DNA of 53,003 nucleotides from a bacterium (GCA_043817485.1 JBDRGX010000094.1:1-53003), one strand, 5' to 3'; counted from the stretch's first letter, positions 40,492 to 49,577 are shown. A program made the numbers and translations. Notes: generated by a model from the letters alone, not told the origin.

Positions 40492-40994
40492 AAAAAACTT
40501 TTCCTTATTTTTTTCAATTTTGCTTGCAATATTTTTTTTTCAATAAGGGGAAGTTTATCAATAAACAATATTCCATTTAAATGATCTATTTCATGCTGAA
40601 GAACTATAGAAAATAGTTCTTCAGCTTCTATTGTAATTTTTTCTAAATTTTCATTATATGCTGAAATAATAATTTTTTTTGCTCTTTTTATTTCTTTTGT
40701 AATGCCTGGAATACTTAAACAACTTTCTTCAAAAAATATTTCTTCTTCTTTATGTAAAATTTCTGGATTTATTAAAACTAATGCTGAAAATTCTTTTTTT
40801 TTAGAACTAATATCTATAACTACAATTCTTAAAAGTTCTCCTATTTGAGGTGCTGCTAATCCAATTCCATTCACAGAATAAAGAGTTTGAAACATATTTT
40901 CAATCAATTCTTTTATTTTATCATCTATTTTAATTACTGAATGAGATTTTTTTCGCAAAATTAAATCACCGTATTTTCTAATTTTTAAAATCAC
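40488..40994 (-). CDS. def: peptide deformylase
   Basis: G.GLAAPQIG, E.CLS.PG and HE.DHL.G motifs. Confidence 0.95.
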   Translation of the reverse strand: MILKIRKYGDLILRKKSHSVIKIDDKIKELIENMFQTLYSVNGIGLAAPQIGELLRIVVIDISSKKKEFSALVLINPEILHKEEEIFFEESCLSIPGITKEIKRAKKIIISAYNENLEKITIEAEELFSIVLQHEIDHLNGILFIDKLPLIEKKILQAKLKKIRKSFL

Positions 40995-41036
40995 AAAATA
41001 CCTCTTTTTTTTCTTAATTACACATTTTGCAAAAAT

Positions 41037-43514
41037 TTATAAATCATTAGATTCTTCAATAAATTCTTCAATTTTTTCAGAAGATTCTTCCATTTTTTCA
41101 GTAATCACTAATCTCGTAACATCAATAACACAATCATCTGTTCCTAATTTTATAATTCGAACGCCTTGTGTAACACGACTTATAGTTCTAATTTCTTTTA
41201 CTGACAATCTAATTAAAATACCTTTTGAAGTAACTATCATAAATTCATCGCCTTCAATAACTTCAAGAATTTTTGCTACTTGTCCAATTTTTTCATTAAG
41301 TCGTAAAGTCATAACACCTTTACCACCTCTTCCAATAGTTCTATATTCTGAAAGAGCTGATCGTTTGCCATATCCATTAGTGCTAATTACTAATAAACCT
41401 GCTTCTCTTTTTACAACAATCATTCCAATAACAAAATCTCCAGAATGCAATCTAGTACCAATAACTCCTTGAGATTTTCTACTAACTATGCGAACATTAG
41501 ATTCATTAAATCGAATAGCTTGCCCTAAACTTGTTCCCAATATAATATCCTGAGATCCATTAGTTAAAACAGATTCAACTAATTCATCTTCCTCTTTTAA
41601 TAAAATAGCATCAATTCCATTGCTACGAGGTCTACTATATTCAATTAAATTAGTTTTTTTAACAATTCCTTTTTTTGTTGCCATTATAAGAAAATGTTTA
41701 TCATCAAATTCTTTAATTGGAATAAATGCTTTTATTTTTTCTTCAGAACTTATTTTAATTAAATTAATAATTGCTTTACCTTTAGCAATTCTTGAAACTT
41801 GTGGAATTTCATATACTTTCAACCAATAGCATCTACCTTTATTTGTAAAAAATAAAATGTAATGATGCGTAGAAGCAATAAAAAGATGCTCAACAAAATC
41901 TTCTTCTTTTGTTTCCATTGAAAGAACACCTTTTCCACCTCGTTTTTGTTGACGATAAGTTGTAAGTGGTACTCTTTTTATATATCCTGTATGAGAAATA
42001 GTGATTACAACATCTTCTTCTGCAATTAAATCTTCTATATTCAAATCAGCTTCAGATTTAACAATTTCTGTTCTTCTTTCATCTGCATATTTTGTTTTAA
42101 TTTCTAAAAATTCTTCTTTCATTATTACAAAAACTTTTTTCTCATTTTCTAAAATAAATTTCAATTTTTCAATTTCTTTTAATAAACCTAAATATTCTTC
42201 TTCTAATTTACTTCTTTCTAAAGAAACTAATCTTTGCAATCTCATATCTAAAATAGATTGTACTTGAATTTCACTTAAATTAAATCTTTCATTTAATTTT
42301 TGTTTTGCTTGATTTGTATCTTGAGAAGTTTTTATAATTTTTACTACTTCTTCTATATTATTTAATGCTATTTTTAACCCTTCTAAAATATGGGCTCTTT
42401 TTTCTGCTTTATTTAATTCAAAAAAAGTTCTTTTTATTATTATTTCTTTTCTATATTCTATAAAATAAACTAACATTTCTTTTAAATTCAAAACACGAGC
42501 TTGATTTTTAACTAAACACAACATAATAATCCCAAAACTTGTTTGAAGTTGTGTATGTTTATAAAGTTGATTTAAAATTACTTCTGAAATAATCCCTTTT
42601 TTGATTTCAATAACTATTCGCATTCCTTCTCTATCTGATTCATCTCTAATATCTGAAATCCCTTCTACTTTTTTCTCTCTTACTAAATCAGCAATTTTTT
42701 CAATTAAATTACTTTTATTAACTTGATATGGAATTTCTGTAATAATAATGTTTTCTTTATCGCCTTTTATCTTTTCAATACTTGCCTTAGATTTTAAAAC
42801 AATTACTCCTCTACCTGTTTTATAAGCAGTTACAATTCCTTCTACTCCACAAATAAAAGCACCTGTAGGAAAATCTGGACCTTTAATTATTTTAATAAGA
42901 TCATCTATAGAAATATCTGGATTATCTATACAACTAATTAAACCATCAATTACTTCTCCTAAATTATGAGCAGGAATGTTTGTAGCCATACCAACAGCAA
43001 TTCCAGAAGAACCATTAATTAAAAGATTCGGAATAGCAGTGGGTAAAATTGTTGGCTCTTGCAAAGTATCATCAAAATTATTAACAAATTCAACTGTTTC
43101 TTTATCTATATCACAAAGCATTTCTTCACAAATAGACATCATTTTTACTTCAGTATATCTCATAGCAGCTGGAGCATCTCCATCAACAGAACCAAAATTA
43201 CCTTGTCCCTCAATTAAAGGATATCGAAGTGAAAAATTCTGAACTAATCTTACAATTGTATCATAAACTGCTACATCTCCATGAGGATGATATTTTCCTA
43301 TAACTTCTCCAACCACACGAGCAGATTTTTTATAAGATTTAGAATGCTCCATTCCCAATTCATTCATAGCATAAAGAATTCTTCTATGAACTGGTTTTAA
43401 ACCATCTCTGACATCTGGTAAAGCTCTCCCAACAATAACACTCATAGAATAATCTAAATACGAAGTTTTCATTTTATCTTCAATATAAACTGGAATTATT
43501 TTTTCTCTATTCAT
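41037..43514 (-). CDS. gyrA: DNA gyrase subunit A
   Basis: The region around the active-site Tyr (AAMRYTE), QRDR-like HPHGD, the C-terminal beta-pinwheel repeats, and 825 aa. Confidence 0.96.
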   Translation of the reverse strand: MNREKIIPVYIEDKMKTSYLDYSMSVIVGRALPDVRDGLKPVHRRILYAMNELGMEHSKSYKKSARVVGEVIGKYHPHGDVAVYDTIVRLVQNFSLRYPLIEGQGNFGSVDGDAPAAMRYTEVKMMSICEEMLCDIDKETVEFVNNFDDTLQEPTILPTAIPNLLINGSSGIAVGMATNIPAHNLGEVIDGLISCIDNPDISIDDLIKIIKGPDFPTGAFICGVEGIVTAYKTGRGVIVLKSKASIEKIKGDKENIIITEIPYQVNKSNLIEKIADLVREKKVEGISDIRDESDREGMRIVIEIKKGIISEVILNQLYKHTQLQTSFGIIMLCLVKNQARVLNLKEMLVYFIEYRKEIIIKRTFFELNKAEKRAHILEGLKIALNNIEEVVKIIKTSQDTNQAKQKLNERFNLSEIQVQSILDMRLQRLVSLERSKLEEEYLGLLKEIEKLKFILENEKKVFVIMKEEFLEIKTKYADERRTEIVKSEADLNIEDLIAEEDVVITISHTGYIKRVPLTTYRQQKRGGKGVLSMETKEEDFVEHLFIASTHHYILFFTNKGRCYWLKVYEIPQVSRIAKGKAIINLIKISSEEKIKAFIPIKEFDDKHFLIMATKKGIVKKTNLIEYSRPRSNGIDAILLKEEDELVESVLTNGSQDIILGTSLGQAIRFNESNVRIVSRKSQGVIGTRLHSGDFVIGMIVVKREAGLLVISTNGYGKRSALSEYRTIGRGGKGVMTLRLNEKIGQVAKILEVIEGDEFMIVTSKGILIRLSVKEIRTISRVTQGVRIIKLGTDDCVIDVTRLVITEKMEESSEKIEEFIEESNDL

Positions 43515-43628
43515 TTATGATTCCTTTCATTATATATATATTTTAAAAATTTAAAAATTCCGAATCAATTACAAAATGACAAAAAATGGTATTTTGCAAT
43601 TTGCAAAAGAATATATTTTTTTACAAAA

Positions 43629-44756
43629 TTATTTTAAACCCAAAATTTCTTCTCTTGTTTTTTTATCTACTTCTAATATTTCTTCTAAACAAGGATTAAA
43701 AATTACTTTATGTTTATCCATTGCTTTTTTAATTAAAATTGGAATTTCCATAAAATTTATTTTTTTTTCTAAAAATAATTTTACTGATATTTCTCCAGAA
43801 GCATTTAATACTACTGGCATAGTACCACCAATTTTAGCTGCTTCATAAGCATAACAAAGACACGGAAATTTATTTAAATCTGGTTTTTTAAAAGTAAGTT
43901 CTGAAATTTCCAATAAATTTAGTTTTTTAAATAAATTTGCTTTTCTTACTTGATCAAAAAGAGCATATTGAATAGGAATTTTCATATCTGGAAAAGATAA
44001 TTGAGCAAACATTGTTCCATCAATATATTCTATTAAAGAATGAATAATACTTTGAGGATGAATAACTACTTTGATTTGTTCTACATCTAAATCAAATAAC
44101 CAATGAGCTTCAATAACCTCTAATCCTTTATTAAGCAAAGTAGCTGAATCAATAGAAATTTTTACACCCATATTCCATTTAGGATGTTTAACAGCATTTT
44201 CTGGTGTTACAGAAAAAAGTTGTTCTTTAGAATAATTTAAAAAAGGACCTCCAGATGCAGTAAGAATAATATTTTTAAGAGCAGTCTTAGATTCTCCTAA
44301 TAAACATTGCATAATAGCACTATGTTCACTATCTATTGGAAAAAACTTAATACCTCTTTTTCTTACTTCATTCATAATTAATTTGCCAGCCATTACTAAA
44401 GTTTCTTTGTTGGCTAAAGCAATATTTTTATTAGCTTTAATAGCTTCAAATGTAGGAATTAATCCCGATGCACCAGAAATTCCAGATATAATTATTTCTG
44501 CTTCTTTAACAGTAGCTACTTGAATTAAACCTTTTAACCCACAAAAAATTTCACATTTAATATTAGTTAATTCTTTTTTTAACAAAAAAGCAGCATTCTC
44601 ATCCATTACAGCAACAAGTTGTGGTTTATATTTTAATATTTGTTTTTTAAGTAAAGAAATATTTTTATTCGTAGTTAAGCCAATAACTTCAAAATCATCT
44701 TCAAATTCATCTATGACAGCCAAGGTATTAAGTCCAATAGAACCAGTAGACCCCAA
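43629..44756 (-). CDS. dxr: 1-deoxy-D-xylulose 5-phosphate reductoisomerase. The true start is probably the TTG at 44778, currently out of frame by one A in an A11 tract.
   Basis: GSTGSIG, NKE..V and the LD.EHSA-like block (PIDSEHSAI) are present. Upstream is AGGA-7 nt-TTG-A11. With A10 it would read MKKKIVILGSTGSIG, the canonical Dxr N-terminus. Confidence 0.9.
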   Translation of the reverse strand: MGSTGSIGLNTLAVIDEFEDDFEVIGLTTNKNISLLKKQILKYKPQLVAVMDENAAFLLKKELTNIKCEIFCGLKGLIQVATVKEAEIIISGISGASGLIPTFEAIKANKNIALANKETLVMAGKLIMNEVRKRGIKFFPIDSEHSAIMQCLLGESKTALKNIILTASGGPFLNYSKEQLFSVTPENAVKHPKWNMGVKISIDSATLLNKGLEVIEAHWLFDLDVEQIKVVIHPQSIIHSLIEYIDGTMFAQLSFPDMKIPIQYALFDQVRKANLFKKLNLLEISELTFKKPDLNKFPCLCYAYEAAKIGGTMPVVLNASGEISVKLFLEKKINFMEIPILIKKAMDKHKVIFNPCLEEILEVDKKTREEILGLK

Positions 44757-44861
44757 AATAACTATTTTTTTTTTTCAAAATAAAATCCTATTTTTTATTA
44801 TATTTTCTTTTTTTATTATTAACATTTAAAAATATTGACATTTAAAAATATGGTAAAAATA

Positions 44862-44888
44862 TTGACATTTTTTTAAATAAGTTATAAT
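44862..44888 (+). promoter_or_regulatory. candidate promoter TTGACA-15-TATAAT for the plus-strand envelope-glycan cluster
   Basis: Exact -35 (44862-44867) and exact -10 (44883-44888), but a short 15-nt spacer. The -35 lies inside a 17-nt direct repeat. Confidence 0.35.
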
Positions 44889-44958
44889 TTTTAATCTATT
44901 TTTTAAAAATGTCAATATAAAAATATATTACTTATGCATATACAAAAGGAAATAAATT

Positions 44959-46209
44959 ATGAAAAATCAAATTATAAAAATATGTGATGTAATAATAATA
45001 ATTGGATTAATAATATATAGCATTTGTGCTACAACTACTATTTCTGGACAATCAATAGGAATTTCACTTGCTTTTCTTGGATGGATTTTTCGAATGATTA
45101 TTAAAAAAGAATTTGAAATAAAAAATTGTCCTTTTAATAAAATTATTTTTTCATTTTTTATTGCTCTTTTTGTAAGTTGTTTATTTTCTGCAAATATTTC
45201 ACAAAGTTTAAATAAATTAATTTTAATGATTGGTCAAATGCTATTATATTATTTAGTAATTTGTGGAATTAAAACAAAAAAAGTTCTTAAAATTATTCTT
45301 AGTTGTCTTATTATCTCTACTACTTTACAATCTATTTATGTAATTTATCAATATTTCATAAAAACAAATATTTTTTGGAAACAAAACATGCAAAATATTG
45401 AATATCTGAGATGTTCCGGAACTTTAGATTGTGTTAATTCATTAGCAATTGTTTTAGCAATGGTATTGCCTTTATGTCTAATTTTATCATTAGAATCTTC
45501 TTTCAAAAAAAAACAAAAAGCATTTTTAGTAATTTCAAGTTTGCTTATTTTTACATCTCTTATTCTTACTTTAAGTAGAGGAGCATGGATAGGATTTTTT
45601 ATTAGTTTTATCTTTATAATAATTTTAAAAGGGAGAAAATTTTTTATCCCAATTATTAGTTATTCAATTATTCTTGTAATCATCTCTACTATATTTTTTC
45701 CCAAACTAATAATTACAAAAATAAAAAACACTTTAGATCTTTCTTTATGTACTAACAAAACAAGACTTATTTTTTGGCAAGGAGCTCTTACAATGTTGAA
45801 AACTAATCCTATTACAGGTGTTGGATTAGATAGATTTAGAAAAGAATATTATAATAATACAAAATATGAAACTTTAGAAGGAAAAGAATATGGAAAAATA
45901 GAACCAGATTATAAAAGACATTTTCATGCTCATAATAATTTTTTAAATTTTGGAGCAGAATCTGGATTATTAGGATTAGGTTTTTTTGTTTTATTACTTT
46001 TTGTTTTTTTAGAAACTTCTTTTTCTGCATGGAAAAATTATCCTCCATCATCTTGGAAAAAAAATTTAACATTAGGATTATTCTCTGGAATTATTGTTTT
46101 AATAATTCATGGTTTATTTGATTTTAATTTAAAAGCAGAATCTGGACATTTATTTTGGTTTTTAATAGGAATTATTGTTTTAATAAAAGAAAGAATAAAG
46201 GAAAATTAA
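44959..46209 (+). CDS. O-antigen ligase/polymerase-family membrane protein (Wzy_C domain)
   Basis: About 10-12 TM segments. A central loop LSRGAWIGF... and a large periplasmic loop are typical of WaaL/Wzy-like proteins. Confidence 0.65.
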   Translation: MKNQIIKICDVIIIIGLIIYSICATTTISGQSIGISLAFLGWIFRMIIKKEFEIKNCPFNKIIFSFFIALFVSCLFSANISQSLNKLILMIGQMLLYYLVICGIKTKKVLKIILSCLIISTTLQSIYVIYQYFIKTNIFWKQNMQNIEYLRCSGTLDCVNSLAIVLAMVLPLCLILSLESSFKKKQKAFLVISSLLIFTSLILTLSRGAWIGFFISFIFIIILKGRKFFIPIISYSIILVIISTIFFPKLIITKIKNTLDLSLCTNKTRLIFWQGALTMLKTNPITGVGLDRFRKEYYNNTKYETLEGKEYGKIEPDYKRHFHAHNNFLNFGAESGLLGLGFFVLLLFVFLETSFSAWKNYPPSSWKKNLTLGLFSGIIVLIIHGLFDFNLKAESGHLFWFLIGIIVLIKERIKEN

Positions 46210-46211
46210 AA

Positions 46212-46799
46212 ATGTCTTCTAAAATTGATTTTGGAGTAGAATTAAATTATCTTACTCCTCGAAAAATAAAAAAATTTGAAACTATGATTGGTGAAAATTC
46301 TATTATTAGAAAAGGAACTATAATTTATGAAAGCACTCTTATTGGAAAAAATTTTGAAACTGGACATAATGTTGTAATTAGAGAAGAAAATCAAATTGGT
46401 GATAATGTAAATATTTGGAATAATTCAGTTATAGATTATGGTTGTAAAATAGGAAACGATGTTAAAATACATTGTAATTGTTATATTGCTCAATATACAG
46501 AAATAGAAAATAATGTTTTTATTGCTCCTGGGACAACTATTGCCAATGATTTACATCCTATTTGTACTAAATGTATGAAAGGTCCTATAATAAAAAAAGG
46601 AGCTAAAATTGGAGTAAATGTTACTATTTTACCTCATGTTATTATTGGAGAATATGCTTTAATTGGAGCTGGTACTGTAGTTACAAAAGATATTCCAGAT
46701 TACGCTATAGCATATGGAAATCCATCTAAAATAGTTGGCAATGTTAAAGATTTAAAATGTAAAAAAGGGTTAAATCCCAATATTTTTCCTTATAGATAA
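46212..46799 (+). CDS. hexapeptide-repeat (left-handed beta-helix) sugar N/O-acetyltransferase
   Basis: Repeated [LIV]G..... hexapeptides (IGKNFETGHNVVIREENQIGDNVNIWNNSVIDYGCKIGNDVKI...). The start is placed at the internal ATG 46212. Confidence 0.75.
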   Translation: MSSKIDFGVELNYLTPRKIKKFETMIGENSIIRKGTIIYESTLIGKNFETGHNVVIREENQIGDNVNIWNNSVIDYGCKIGNDVKIHCNCYIAQYTEIENNVFIAPGTTIANDLHPICTKCMKGPIIKKGAKIGVNVTILPHVIIGEYALIGAGTVVTKDIPDYAIAYGNPSKIVGNVKDLKCKKGLNPNIFPYR

Positions 46800-46821
46800 T
46801 ATTTTAAAAATATTTTATTTA

Positions 46822-46942
46822 TAATACTAAGTTGTATTCAAAATGATGCAAGGAGGAGGCGAGAAGCGTATAAATAATATGTTGGAAAAGCCGCCGTAAC
46901 AAAGCCAACACAATTAGCGTTTGAATACAATTTGGGATAAAA
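46822..46942 (+). repeat. inverted-repeat, GC-rich intergenic element (copy B of the repeat family)
   Basis: TAATACTAAGTTGTATTCAAAATGAT...GGAGGAGGCGAGAAGCG...TGTTGG..GCCGCCG..CCAACA...TTAGCGTTTGAATACAATTTGGGATAAAA. The 14-bp terminal stem is fully paired. It sits directly 5' of the RBS of the aminotransferase gene. Confidence 0.7.
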
Positions 46943-46958
46943 TAGGAGATAAATTTTA

Positions 46959-48059
46959 ATGATTCCTTTCGTAGATTTAAAAAAACAATATCAAAGTATA
47001 AAAAATGAAATAGATGAAGCAATTCAAAAAGTTTGTCAAAATACTGATTTTATTTTAGGCAAAGATGTTGAATTATTTGAACAAGAATTTGCTTTATATT
47101 GTGAAACTAAATTTGCTATTGGAGTTGATTCTGGAACTTCTGCTTTAGAATTAGCTTTAAAAGCATTAGATATTGGACATGGTGATGAAGTAATTACATC
47201 TGCAAATACTTTTTTTGCTACTGTTTCTGCTATTGTTGCAACTGGAGCAAAACCTATTTTAATAGATATAAATCCAAAAACTTATAATATGGATCCAATT
47301 TTATTAGATAAATCTATTACTAAAAAAACTAAAGCTATTATTCCTGTTCATTTATATGGACAACCAGCAGATATGGATGAAATAAATTTAATTGCCCGCA
47401 AATATAAATTAAAAGTTGTTGAAGATGCTTGTCAATCACATGGAGCTAAATATAAAGGAAAAAGATGTGGTAGTTTAAGTGATATTGGTTGTTTTAGTTT
47501 TTATCCTGGGAAAAATTTAGGAGCTTATGGAGATGGCGGAGCACTTACTACTAATAATTCCAATATTGCTCAAAAAATTAAAATGCTTCGTAATTATGGA
47601 CAAAAGAAAAAATATCATCATTCAATAATTGGATTTAATCGAAGATTAGATACTATTCAAGCAGCAATTTTAAGAATTAAATTAAAACATTTAGATGAAT
47701 GGAATAAATTAAGAAATCAAAACGCAAAATATTATAATAATTTGTTAAAAAATTTACTTATAGTTCCAGAACAAGAAAAAAATAGAGATCATGTTTTTCA
47801 TTTATATGTAATTAGAACTAAAAAAAGAGATATGCTTCAAGAATATTTAACTCAAAATGAAATTTATACTACAATTCATTATCCTATACCTATTCATTTT
47901 CAAAAAGCATTTTCTTATCTAAATTATCAAAAAGGAAGTTTTCCAATTACTGAAAAATATGCTAAAGAAATTTTATCTTTACCTATGTTTCCAGAATTAA
48001 CACAAAAAGAAATAGAAATAGTTGTAGAAAAAATTAGGAATTTTTATGGAAAAATATAA
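46959..48059 (+). CDS. DegT/DnrJ/EryC1/StrS-family PLP-dependent sugar aminotransferase
   Basis: MIPFVDLKKQY..., GD.VI....TF.AT, and FSFYPGKNLGAYGDGG (PLP-Lys region). Confidence 0.88.
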   Translation: MIPFVDLKKQYQSIKNEIDEAIQKVCQNTDFILGKDVELFEQEFALYCETKFAIGVDSGTSALELALKALDIGHGDEVITSANTFFATVSAIVATGAKPILIDINPKTYNMDPILLDKSITKKTKAIIPVHLYGQPADMDEINLIARKYKLKVVEDACQSHGAKYKGKRCGSLSDIGCFSFYPGKNLGAYGDGGALTTNNSNIAQKIKMLRNYGQKKKYHHSIIGFNRRLDTIQAAILRIKLKHLDEWNKLRNQNAKYYNNLLKNLLIVPEQEKNRDHVFHLYVIRTKKRDMLQEYLTQNEIYTTIHYPIPIHFQKAFSYLNYQKGSFPITEKYAKEILSLPMFPELTQKEIEIVVEKIRNFYGKI

Positions 48060-48735
48060 CATTTCTCTTATTATTCCCGCATACAATGAAGAAGGAAATA
48101 TTGCAGAAGCAATTTCTTCTTCTTTAAATATTCTTCAACAAGTAGCTAATGAATATGAAATTATAATTATAAATGATGGAAGTTCTGATAAAACTGAAGA
48201 AATCTCTAATGCTTGGCAAGAAAAAAATCAATATATTAAAATAATTCATTTGTTTTCTAATAAAGGTGTTGGCAATGCTTTAAAAATGGGTTTTAATCAA
48301 GCAAAATATGAACTTATTTTTTGGATTCCCGGAGATAATCAAGTAAAATCTGATGATCTTCCAAAATTTCTAAGTGTTATAGAAAATGCAGATATTGTTG
48401 CTGGTTTTCGAATTAAAAGACAAGATCCATTTATAAGAAAATTTAATGCTAATCTTTATAAAATACTTTTATTTATATTTTTTGGATTAAAAATAAAAGA
48501 TGTTGATTGTAATAAACTTTTTCGCAAAAAAGTATTTGAAAAAATTAAAATTGAATCAACGGGACAATTAATAGATGCTGAAATTTTAATAAAAGCAAAA
48601 AAATTAAAATTTAAAATAAAAGAAATAGGTATTCCACATTATCCTCGCATACAAGGATTTCAAACAGGCGGAAAAATAAAAAATATTTTCAAAGCTTGGT
48701 TAGAACTTATAAAATTATGGAAATATCTTAAATAA
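48046..48735 (+). CDS. family 2 glycosyltransferase (polyprenyl-phosphate sugar transferase-like)
   Basis: ISLIIPAYNEE.NI, I.I.DGS.D.T, and a DxD-like GDNQ. 229 aa with no TM tail. Confidence 0.8.
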   Translation: MEKYNISLIIPAYNEEGNIAEAISSSLNILQQVANEYEIIIINDGSSDKTEEISNAWQEKNQYIKIIHLFSNKGVGNALKMGFNQAKYELIFWIPGDNQVKSDDLPKFLSVIENADIVAGFRIKRQDPFIRKFNANLYKILLFIFFGLKIKDVDCNKLFRKKVFEKIKIESTGQLIDAEILIKAKKLKFKIKEIGIPHYPRIQGFQTGGKIKNIFKAWLELIKLWKYLK

Positions 48736-48752
48736 AATTATTGTTTTTATAC

Positions 48753-48868
48753 TTATACTAATTTGCAATCAAAGATATAAAAATGATTTTGGATTAAGAA
48801 TATGAGATTCCTCAATCCAAAATCTAAAATTTCATATCATTTTGCTTTTGATTGTAACTTGGTATTAA
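48753..48868 (+). repeat. long imperfect palindrome, AT-rich member of the same repeat family (copy C)
   Basis: TTATACTAATTTGCAATCAAAG...GATTTTGGATTAAG-loop-CTCAATCCAAAATC...TTTTGATTGTAACTTGGTATTAA. It has nested inverted repeats and lies 5' of the ndk RBS. Confidence 0.65.
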
Positions 48869-48898
48869 TTTTTTAAAAATTTGAAAAAGGAGTTAACG

Positions 48899-49408
48899 AT
48901 GCAAGAATATACTTTTGTTTTAATAAAACCAGATGGATTATTAAAATCACTTACAGGCAATATTTTAACAAAACTTTCAGAAGCAAAACTTAGAATTATT
49001 GCAGCTAAAGTTGTTAAAGTTTCTGATAAATTAGCAAGAGAACATTATAAACATTTAAAAGATGAACCTTTTTTTGAAGATGTAATTAAATATATTCAAG
49101 GAAAAATATATGGGGAAAAAAATTATGAAAGAATATTAGCAATGATTTATGCTGGAAATAATGCTATTAAACTTGTAAGAAATATTGCTGGAAAAACTAA
49201 TCCAGAAGAAGCAGATGCTACTACTATTCGAGGATCTTATGGAAGAATTACTACTAAAGGAGTTTTTGAAAATGTAATCCATTCTTCTGAAAATAAAAAA
49301 GAAGCAGAAAGAGAAATAAAATTATGGTTTGACCCAGATGAAATAACAGAAAAAATATATCCTATTAAAACTATTAAAAAAACAATACAAATAAAAGAAT
49401 GGGCTTAA
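48899..49408 (+). CDS. ndk: nucleoside-diphosphate kinase (long form)
   Basis: YTFVLIKPDG, ...TIRG.YG, and N.IH.SE (catalytic His). ATG preceded by AAGGAG. Confidence 0.88.
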   Translation: MQEYTFVLIKPDGLLKSLTGNILTKLSEAKLRIIAAKVVKVSDKLAREHYKHLKDEPFFEDVIKYIQGKIYGEKNYERILAMIYAGNNAIKLVRNIAGKTNPEEADATTIRGSYGRITTKGVFENVIHSSENKKEAEREIKLWFDPDEITEKIYPIKTIKKTIQIKEWA

Positions 49409-49412
49409 AATA

Positions 49413-49577
49413 TTAGGAAGTTTGAGGAATAGAATAACATTCAAATAAAACATAAGGACCAGAATCACATTTACCACAAGAAAGAGCTAATGTTTCAAAT
49501 ATTTCTTCAGAATGTATTTCAGGAGAAATATATTCTTTTTTTTTATTTTGATTTTTAAAAATATTTTTTGGTTCCAT
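49413..49577 (-). CDS. hypothetical 54-aa Cys-containing small protein or peptide
   Basis: Not in the ORF track. My translation is MEPKNIFKNQNKKKEYISPEIHSEEIFETLALSCGKCDSGPYVLFECYSIPQTS. GAGGAAA lies 8 nt upstream, and the gene has its own TTGACA -35 box. Confidence 0.5.
   Translation of the reverse strand: MEPKNIFKNQNKKKEYISPEIHSEEIFETLALSCGKCDSGPYVLFECYSIPQTS

Noticed and set aside
46819-47022. 67-aa minus-strand ORF spanning repeat copy B and the start of the aminotransferase gene.
   Set aside because: It runs antisense through a repeat element and a well-supported CDS start, with no RBS. It is most likely spurious.
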